A DNA stretch of 64,000 nt from IMG/VR virus record IMGVR_UViG_3300033074_002003, one strand, 5' to 3'. The stretch comes from a virus. Of the stretch, positions 26,634-33,858 are shown piece by piece. The notes beneath the pieces were generated by a model that was given only the letters and a program-made list of their open reading frames with translations, made no database searches and was not told where the DNA came from. Each line of letters starts with the position of its first letter. Position 1 is the first letter of the stretch. The position numbers and the translations under genes were made by a program.

Positions 26634-27883
26634 CAGTCGAGATAGTTACGTCTTCTGACATCTCCGGACTTATTTGTGAAGTTGGAGAGCGACTCGAGAA
26701 TTTTTCCTCTCTTGTCGGGAGACTTAGCCCACAGCAGCTGTCTGCCGCGACTCTCGCGTTCCAAGATGGCTCCGAGAAGGTTGTCGCCCAACTGATGTTA
26801 GAGGCGGGATTTCGCGCCGAACGTGTCTGTCCGTACTCAGCTAGGGCTGCAATCCAGCTGGTCCTTGGTCACTCGAGAAAATTCTCTGGTGTACGTTCGG
26901 TGTACACAGCCGAAGGGCTGGAAGAATTCTTGAGTGACGTGACGAGGAAGATAGCACACGTGAGGGGCGCGTCGTTCTTTCCGAATGCGAGCGAATTTTG
27001 GGATGTTGTCTCTTCACACGCGTCTCACCGAGCTCTCGGTGTACTGCGCGACGCAATTTCGCTTGGCGGTTTTGACAGCAGATATGTCATCGAGAGAAGC
27101 AGCTCGCCTAACCCTGATGTCACTGTTGAGACTGTTTTAGGATACAACTTTTCGCTCGATTCGGCGGTGAACATCGATAGTTGGGAAGCTGAGAACGTGT
27201 CTCTTCTCATGGTCGACGGTGTGATCGAGTCTGTCACTGAGATTCATCGCGTCCTGACATTCGCCGCCGAGAAAAAAGTTCCGATTGTCATCGTCGCTCG
27301 TTCGTTTGCCGACGATGTGAGGCAGACGATCGTGACAAATAATGCCCGAAGGTCGTTCTCCGTCCTCCCAATTGTCGTACCAGCTGATGCTAGAAACATC
27401 AATACGATACGAGACATCTCTATCGTGTGTGGATCGAGCGTCGTTTCTTCGATAACTGGTGAGGTGCTGTCCGGAAAAACTGGCGAGTCACTGATCTCTG
27501 TGAACGCGGTGAGATTTTTGCGAGGAAACTTGACGATCGTGGGCGGAGAAAGAACTGCTGCTGCTACAGATGCTCACCGGTGCTCTTTGGTAGAGAGCAG
27601 GCAAGAGGCGCACCACGAGATGTTGCCACACTTTGACTCTCGCATCAAGTCGCTTACGCCGAATCACGTCTTGGTTCGCGTGCCGAGTCGAGGTCTTGAA
27701 GATTCAGGCCTATTTGACGACATCACGGACGTCTTCAGACTTGTGAGAGCAATTCACGAGTATGGTGTGCACATCGATGAAAATGGTGACATCGACGTCA
27801 CGCTCAGAGCGCTGTCGGCGCTTCGATTTGCCAAAGCACAGCTAAAGTTGCTATTTTCGCTCGGAGCGATCGTTGTAAACTAG
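26630..27883 (+). CDS. truncated, degenerate GroEL/Cpn60-like protein (apical plus intermediate domains, reduced equatorial domain)
   Basis: [14 protein letters not shown] ~ GroEL [61 protein letters not shown] ~ [58 protein letters not shown] ~ NKDTTTIIDGVGE; the GDGTTT ATP motif is replaced by QDGSEK; no GGG motif. Confidence 0.5.
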   Translation: [417 protein letters not shown]

Positions 27884-27886
27884 GGC

Positions 27887-28855
27887 TTACTTCGCTGCTG
27901 GTTTGAAGACTTTCAGCGCTTGATCGGGAGACATTTGTAGCTTCTGAAGCGCCGACGCGGCCCAATACAGGGCGCCTCTGGCGTCTCTCTTCTTGAGAGC
28001 CGAGTTCATACCGTTCAGCTGCTGCGCGACAGAGTGCTCTGGATCGCCGCCCTCGTCTCCTGTTTCGATCGGTCCGTCTTCTGGCGTACTCCGTGATGTC
28101 GTTCCTTGTGTGCTCTGCGATTGCCCCGCTTGATCTGCGGGTGCAGCTGCTTCAGGACTGCCCATTGTAGCCGCAACATCTGCCGGAGGGGGCGCCCCCA
28201 CACTGCGAATTTCTTGTGCAAATGCACGGAGCTGCGAAGGCTTGAGATTTGCGAGGTCATTCGCAAACATATCGCCGATCGAACCTTTCAACCCGAGAAG
28301 CTGGCTGAGCTTGCCGCCCGCGAGGCCCGAAAGTGAAGAGGTGTGTCCCGGATCGAAGGCTTTCTTTAGCGCAGCGATGACGTTGCCGCTGGCGGGTCCG
28401 TCCTGATCTGTCAGTGGATCGTCAGTCAATTTCTTTCCCTGCTGGTCGAGAAGCGTTCCGACGAGCTCCATGCCTGAAGACAGAAGTGTCTCAAGGGCCG
28501 CAGCTTTTGCGAGCGGGTTATTTGTCGAGGAGAGCGACCTCTTGAGGCGATCCCACCATCCTGCTCCCTGGTACGCGTTCAGTTCACTGACAACACCCGA
28601 GATCATTTTTGAGATGTTGGGCAACTGTCCGCCCTCACCGCCGAATTTTTCGAGCACAGACTCGAGACGCGAGACAGCTTTTGCAATCTTCTTTGCTTCG
28701 CCGCTGTCGATCTTCTCCTCATAGATCAGAGAGAGCGTCTCGTTCAACATCACCATTCGACCGTCAAACCGCTGGCGTGCCTCTCGCATGACAGTCGCCT
28801 TGGTCACAATCTCGTTCAGTTTGCGTGCGCGGTACGATTCTTCGAGCGTTTTCAT
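27887..28855 (-). CDS. hypothetical protein (coiled-coil N-terminus, G/S/A/P-rich low-complexity C-terminus); the only minus-strand gene in this stretch
   Basis: Long ORF with a consistent frame; no catalytic motifs. Confidence 0.4.
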   Translation of the reverse strand: MKTLEESYRARKLNEIVTKATVMREARQRFDGRMVMLNETLSLIYEEKIDSGEAKKIAKAVSRLESVLEKFGGEGGQLPNISKMISGVVSELNAYQGAGWWDRLKRSLSSTNNPLAKAAALETLLSSGMELVGTLLDQQGKKLTDDPLTDQDGPASGNVIAALKKAFDPGHTSSLSGLAGGKLSQLLGLKGSIGDMFANDLANLKPSQLRAFAQEIRSVGAPPPADVAATMGSPEAAAPADQAGQSQSTQGTTSRSTPEDGPIETGDEGGDPEHSVAQQLNGMNSALKKRDARGALYWAASALQKLQMSPDQALKVFKPAAK

Positions 28856-28927
28856 CTACACTCTAGATATGTTCGATTTACGCTACGGGAACGATGTTTA
28901 CAGTCTTGATCCAGTGCTGAGGAAAAC

Positions 28928-29173
28928 ATGAGCGTAAATGCGGTAAACAGGACAGTGAAGGGTATTTTCGACGTCACGAAATCAAAGGTGACACAGGCTG
29001 TCATCAAAGCAGTAGCCTCCGGTGAGGTGAAGACGCTCGAACAGGCTGATATCGAGAGGCTGTGCAAGATCATTGATGCCACGATCGATCAGAGCCTCTC
29101 AAACGGCTTCCCGGCGATTAATCGCTCCGTCCAGGATTCTATCAACAGCGGATCGAAAAAAAACACTCCCTGA
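28928..29173 (+). CDS. hypothetical small protein
   Basis: ORF with an upstream divergent promoter region. Confidence 0.35.
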   Translation: MSVNAVNRTVKGIFDVTKSKVTQAVIKAVASGEVKTLEQADIERLCKIIDATIDQSLSNGFPAINRSVQDSINSGSKKNTP

Positions 29174-29208
29174 TCGAGGCGCTGATGGGCTTCTTGAGAG
29201 CAGATTGA

Positions 29209-29679
29209 ATGGAAGCACTGAAACATCTCATAGAGTGCAACTGTATCCTCGCACAATTTGCGAAATCGCCCTCGCCGCCCTTTCACAAGTTTGTCGTATT
29301 TTCGCAGGTTGAAGACGACGGTCGCGTACTTGAAAAGCACGCGCAGTGTTCAAACTGCGGAGCAATTCACCGTGTCTACGACGTGTGCAAGAGCGAGGTA
29401 ATACCGAGAAAAGAGAGCTCTGCGATCGTAATGACGATCGATGACGTAAAGCCATCGCTCTCAAAAGACGTCTGCGACCTGCTCGAGAAGAATAACTGCG
29501 ATGTTTCGACGTGGGAGCACGTGCAGTTTATCATCGAGAACCAAAAGTGGGGAGAGCACGTAGTTCTCTCGTCTGAGAAAACAGGTACAGGGAAAGAGGG
29601 CAAGATCCTCAGGATTCTTGGCAACTCACTATTTCGCGTCCAGCCTTTCACGATAACAAATGAGGTAGAAATTGGCTAG
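29209..29679 (+). CDS. hypothetical Cys-rich (possible Zn-binding) protein
   Basis: ECNC and CSNC pairs. Confidence 0.35.
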   Translation: MEALKHLIECNCILAQFAKSPSPPFHKFVVFSQVEDDGRVLEKHAQCSNCGAIHRVYDVCKSEVIPRKESSAIVMTIDDVKPSLSKDVCDLLEKNNCDVSTWEHVQFIIENQKWGEHVVLSSEKTGTGKEGKILRILGNSLFRVQPFTITNEVEIG

Positions 29680-29917
29680 CCCACTCTTTGGCGAACTGAA
29701 CACAGAGCGCCTTGCAGCAGAAAATCTGAAGTGCCGTGAGATCGTTAGAGAGATTGTCAACTTTGGTGTTACAGAGAGGCAGTTGTTTGTCATTATCAAG
29801 CTTCTAGCTTATGAGCTCGAAAGTGTTGATGCGATGCGCGAGCTTGTTGCGCACGTAGATGAACTCTGTAACGAGATCGGTATTTCGTCAAATAGTACAT
29901 CAGGAGAAGCACGATAA
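29672..29917 (+). CDS. hypothetical small protein
   Basis: ATGA-coupled to clpP. Confidence 0.3.
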   Translation: MASPLFGELNTERLAAENLKCREIVREIVNFGVTERQLFVIIKLLAYELESVDAMRELVAHVDELCNEIGISSNSTSGEAR

Positions 29918-30492
29918 TGGGAAGGCAAGCTGCTAAAACAACCGGAGACAGTGAATTCGGCGAAGCTCCCTCGATGGGAATTGCGCTAGCAGAAGACAGG
30001 ATCGTATTTCTGTCTGGTGACGTTACAGAACACTCAATCACGCAAGTGCAAGCACAGCTAATTTCGCTCGCAAATCACAGCAAGTTGCCGATTACGCTAG
30101 TCGTGAGCACATACGGTGGTTCGGTGGACGAGATGTTCAGTCTGTATGACACGATCAAGTTTATCGGCGTGCCCATTCATACAGTCGGGCTCGGAAAGAT
30201 CATGTCAGCTGGTGTCTTGCTTCTCGCTGCGGGTGCAAAAGGCAAGAGACTCATTGGGACTCACGCGCGCATCATGATTCATCCGCTCTCGGGTGGATCT
30301 GGCGGCAATGTTTTCGAGATGCAAAATGACACGGCCGAACACCAGCGCCTGCAGGAGCTTCTCGTCAAAGCGATGTTGCAAGAGACGAAGTTTAAGAGGC
30401 CTGATCTCGAGAAGCTCATGAAATCTGGTTACGACTGCTACCTCACCGCGCAAGACGCGATTCGCCATGGAATCGTAGATAGTCAAATCTGA
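29917..30492 (+). CDS. clpP: ClpP-family serine protease subunit
   Basis: Ser motif GKIMSAG; His motif RIMIHPLSGG; C-terminal Asp in GIVDSQI; collinear with ClpP. Confidence 0.8.
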   Translation: MGRQAAKTTGDSEFGEAPSMGIALAEDRIVFLSGDVTEHSITQVQAQLISLANHSKLPITLVVSTYGGSVDEMFSLYDTIKFIGVPIHTVGLGKIMSAGVLLLAAGAKGKRLIGTHARIMIHPLSGGSGGNVFEMQNDTAEHQRLQELLVKAMLQETKFKRPDLEKLMKSGYDCYLTAQDAIRHGIVDSQI

Positions 30493-30620
30493 GCTCGACG
30501 AGATAAGAAAAAAAAGTGAGCCCATCGAAGTTTTTGTGGGATTTTCTTTTTACACTTTGGGATAGCGAGGTATTTATACTCTGAGCGTTGCAAAGCAAAA
30601 AGCTCGCAAGGAGAATCAAC

Positions 30621-30869
30621 ATGTCTGATACGGACGTACTCGTGAATTGGGATGGTGTGAAGGCGACTGTTACTGCTCTTGAGGAGGATGTCGTGAAGAA
30701 CCTCGTCAAGGGAAATGCGTCGGCTGGTGTTCGCGCACGCAAGGGCCTTCGCGCTCTCCGCGGGCAGCTCACCCTGATCGTGAAGCAGTCGATGGAGGCA
30801 GCAAAGGCTGCCCGCGCGGCCAAGCCGCCGAAGGCTCCGAAGGAGCCCAAGGCGAAGAAGAGCGCCTGA
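30621..30869 (+). CDS. histone H1-like (Hc1 family) DNA-binding protein
   Basis: KGNASAGVRARKGLRALRGQL ~ chlamydial Hc1 KGNKAAAQRVRTESIKL; K/A/P-rich tail AKAARAAKPPKAPKEPKAKK; AAGGAG RBS 7 nt upstream of the ATG. Confidence 0.55.
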   Translation: MSDTDVLVNWDGVKATVTALEEDVVKNLVKGNASAGVRARKGLRALRGQLTLIVKQSMEAAKAARAAKPPKAPKEPKAKKSA

Positions 30870-30891
30870 ACCGAAGCTCAGTTTGACATTT

Positions 30892-30931
30892 CGGGGACCA
30901 ACTTGAATGAGTTGGTCCCCGAAACCATTTT
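30892..30931 (+). terminator. rho-independent terminator after the Hc1-like gene
   Basis: Perfect 12-bp stem CGGGGACCAACT / AGTTGGTCCCCG with loop TGAATG, followed by AAACCATTTT. Confidence 0.6.
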
Positions 30932-30962
30932 GGCGATTATTTAGACTCGAGGTCACACAAAG

Positions 30963-31208
30963 ATGCCATCACCAAGAAGCGTTCTCATTGATATCACGGA
31001 GAAGAATCTTGATCCTGAAGTTGCTCACGCACGTGTGGGTGCAAATGGACGACTTCGTTCCCCGACCGATGCAGAGACCGTAGAAGAGCAGGCGGTTGAA
31101 GTAGAAGCCGAAAAGCCCGTCAAGGCAGGACTTGTAGAGCTGGCAGACGCGCCGGTCGTCAAGAAAGAGCCAAAGGCGAAGAAGAAGCAGTCAGTCGACG
31201 ACGCGTAA
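30963..31208 (+). CDS. hypothetical protein with a lysine-rich C-terminus
   Basis: ORF following the terminator. Confidence 0.35.
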   Translation: MPSPRSVLIDITEKNLDPEVAHARVGANGRLRSPTDAETVEEQAVEVEAEKPVKAGLVELADAPVVKKEPKAKKKQSVDDA

Positions 31209-31478
31209 GCGGCGCTTGATCGTTCCTTCAATCTGACAGATTCTCATACGTGTGAGTCCATACAATTTTCCCACCTCTTCGAGGGTCTTCGCACCCTCGG
31301 ATGCAGAAATGATCGAGCAATTTTGTGCAGACGCCGCGGCAGCCAGCCAGTGTCTGCACGTGCTCTTTTTGCACGGTACGCGGTGCTTTGCGTGAGTCTC
31401 ATAACATGTGGGCATTTGTAGATCATCTCTCCGGTTACGCCTTAGAATCTCATACGTGACGCGTTGTTGTTCAAACAT
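31191..31478 (-). CDS. small Zn-finger protein whose C-terminus is a sigma-70 region 4.2-like HTH
   Basis: TLEEVGKLYGLTRMRICQIEGTIKRRL versus RpoD [28 protein letters not shown]; N-terminal C/H cluster PTCYETHAKHRVPCKKSTCRH. Confidence 0.6.
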   Translation of the reverse strand: MFEQQRVTYEILRRNRRDDLQMPTCYETHAKHRVPCKKSTCRHWLAAAASAQNCSIISASEGAKTLEEVGKLYGLTRMRICQIEGTIKRRLRVVD

Positions 31479-31493
31479 GAAAGAGTGTTCTTG

Positions 31494-32888
31494 ATGTCAA
31501 ATGCCGTGGAAAAGTGCTTTGTTCTAGACACAAATGTCCTTCTCAGCGATCCTTCGTCAATTTACTCGTTTGAAGAGCACACTGTAGTGATTCCGCTCAT
31601 TGTCCTCGAGGAACTCGATAGGCAGAAGAGCAGGCAGGACGAGGTCGGTAAGAGCGCTCGTGCGGTCGCGCGCGAGCTCGACGATCTGAGGGCGACTGGC
31701 AATTTGTTCGACGGAGTTCGCCTCGCTCACGGAACAGCGACGGGAATTCTTCAGATCAAAAGCCTCTCTAGCACGCTTTCACTCGATAAGCTACCACCTG
31801 AGCTTCGAACCGGAAGTGCTGACAATATCATCATTTCGCTTGCAAAGCTCCTTACTGACGTGCTGACGTCAAAAAAAGTCGTTCTTGTGTCGAAAGACAT
31901 CAACGTCAGGCTGAAGGCCGATTCTATCGGTGTGGTAGCAGATGACTACCTCAAGATGAGGGTGACCACAGACAAGGAACACATCTACGGCGGAGTGATG
32001 AGACTCGACGTGCCAGCCGACGTTCTTGAGAGGTTCTACACCGAAAAGAAGGTCGACGCCGTGGGCGATTTCTTTGACGTGCACGAATTTCAACCGAATC
32101 AGTTTGTCGTCATGAAGGACGTCGCCGCACCGGGAAAATCGGCCATCGGTCGGTTTGTCTTGGTGAATGGAATGCCGACGATCCAGCAGTTCAAGTTTGC
32201 TCGCGAAGCTATGGCTGTCTTCGGTGGGCTCGCTCCAAAGAACAAGGAGCAGATCTTTGCCCTTGAGTTGCTGCTCGATCCGAGCGTGAAGCTCGTGACG
32301 CTTCTCGGTGCCGCGGGAACAGGTAAGACACTCTTGTCTGTTGCTGCGGGACTGAACCAAGTAAGTGGCATCTCGGGGGTCGCAAACGCGCCGTACAGCA
32401 AGCTCATCGTGACGCGGCCGATCCAACCTCTCGGAAAGGACATCGGGTTCCTTCCCGGAACGCTCGAAGAGAAGATGGACCCGTGGATCTCACCGATCAA
32501 GGATTCACTCAACTTTCTCTTCGGGAAGCCGAAGGCAAAGCGTGAGGACGAGACGATGCTATCGATGCACCTCGAGAAAAAGAAGATCGAGATCGAAGCG
32601 CTGACATACATCCGCGGGCGCTCTATTCCAGACTCTTTCATCATCATCGACGAGGCACAGAACCTATCTGTTCACGAGCTGAAGACGATCATTACTCGCG
32701 TGAGCGAGGGAACGAAGATCGTCCTGACGGGAGACATTGAGCAGATCGACAACACGCACGTCGATGTATACTCGAACGGTCTGACACACGCCGTCGAGAA
32801 ATTCAAGTACTATCCGATTTCTGGGCACGTGACCATGCGAAAGGGCGAGCGTAGCGAGTTGGCGACGTTGGCCGCTAGTATTCTGTGA
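31494..32888 (+). CDS. phoH: PIN-domain / PhoH-like ATPase fusion (PhoH2/YlaK-like)
   Basis: N-terminal PIN FVLDTNVLLSD..IPLIVLEELD; Walker A LLGAAGTGKT; Walker B IIIDEAQN. Confidence 0.8.
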   Translation: MSNAVEKCFVLDTNVLLSDPSSIYSFEEHTVVIPLIVLEELDRQKSRQDEVGKSARAVARELDDLRATGNLFDGVRLAHGTATGILQIKSLSSTLSLDKLPPELRTGSADNIIISLAKLLTDVLTSKKVVLVSKDINVRLKADSIGVVADDYLKMRVTTDKEHIYGGVMRLDVPADVLERFYTEKKVDAVGDFFDVHEFQPNQFVVMKDVAAPGKSAIGRFVLVNGMPTIQQFKFAREAMAVFGGLAPKNKEQIFALELLLDPSVKLVTLLGAAGTGKTLLSVAAGLNQVSGISGVANAPYSKLIVTRPIQPLGKDIGFLPGTLEEKMDPWISPIKDSLNFLFGKPKAKREDETMLSMHLEKKKIEIEALTYIRGRSIPDSFIIIDEAQNLSVHELKTIITRVSEGTKIVLTGDIEQIDNTHVDVYSNGLTHAVEKFKYYPISGHVTMRKGERSELATLAASIL

Positions 32889-32925
32889 TCGACGCGAGAT
32901 TGTGTGCGTACCTACTTAGAACGAT

Positions 32926-33843
32926 ATGGGCATACTAGACTCAAAGTCGCGAATTCTTGACACCATACTGACACCCGAGGGCCGCAAGCAGCTCTCGGAG
33001 GGAAGCTTGCGGATCAAGTTTGCGACTGTGAGCGATGCCTCGACGTTTTATGAATATGACGCGGTCAGTGGTTCATCGGATCACACTGCACGAATTTATC
33101 TAGAGTCAGCAGGTCTGCCCCAAGATACCATCACCTTCTCGGCTGATGATTCTGGAAAACTGAGGCCATTTCCCAATCCTTCGGGATTGAACGTGATCGC
33201 TGGGAAGCTGGTGTCAGGCTCAAGCGTTGTGCCCGCCGATGGGACACAGTTTTCTAGTCTCGCTGGCGATCTGCTTGGCTCAAACATCGAAAATCTCAAG
33301 AGGCTTTCGATAGTCTCTACGATCGACGACCTATTTGAGGACGATCAGTTTGAGCTATCACGGAGGAAGATTACATTCGGTTTGACAGACTCCAAACCCG
33401 CAGAGTCGACGAAGATTTCGCGCGTGACAGTGCTCGACATTCCTTCGCTTCAACAGGATCCGCGACTGATCCACACGCCTAACTTTCGTTTCCTTCCGCC
33501 CGTTGTCAGTGGGAATGACAAAAAACGCGTTCCCGTTGCCGATTTTGCTCCACTTTCATCCTTTCTCTCTGATGATGCATTCTACACAGCACTCAAAGCG
33601 AGGCTGGCGAAGCTCGATTCAGAAGGTTCGGGATGTCACGTGACGCTGCATCCGACGTCGCACGATAGCAATGTGTTCTACCAGATGTTTGAGGTGAATC
33701 CTGACGGAACGCTCACGAAGCTAGATACACTCATCTTCAAGCACAGTACGGATTCTGATAAGTCAGCGATCTTCGCTGGGAAGATTGTTCGCGATGCCGA
33801 AGAGTACAAGTTCGTGTGTCTATTTACGCTTGTGCTGTCCTGA
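32926..33843 (+). CDS. putative virion structural protein (N-terminal domain paralogous to 41881..42594)
   Basis: Shared N-terminal motif MGILDSKSRILDTILTPEGRKQLS. Confidence 0.35.
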   Translation: MGILDSKSRILDTILTPEGRKQLSEGSLRIKFATVSDASTFYEYDAVSGSSDHTARIYLESAGLPQDTITFSADDSGKLRPFPNPSGLNVIAGKLVSGSSVVPADGTQFSSLAGDLLGSNIENLKRLSIVSTIDDLFEDDQFELSRRKITFGLTDSKPAESTKISRVTVLDIPSLQQDPRLIHTPNFRFLPPVVSGNDKKRVPVADFAPLSSFLSDDAFYTALKARLAKLDSEGSGCHVTLHPTSHDSNVFYQMFEVNPDGTLTKLDTLIFKHSTDSDKSAIFAGKIVRDAEEYKFVCLFTLVLS

Positions 33844-33858
33844 TAGGATCAAAAACAC

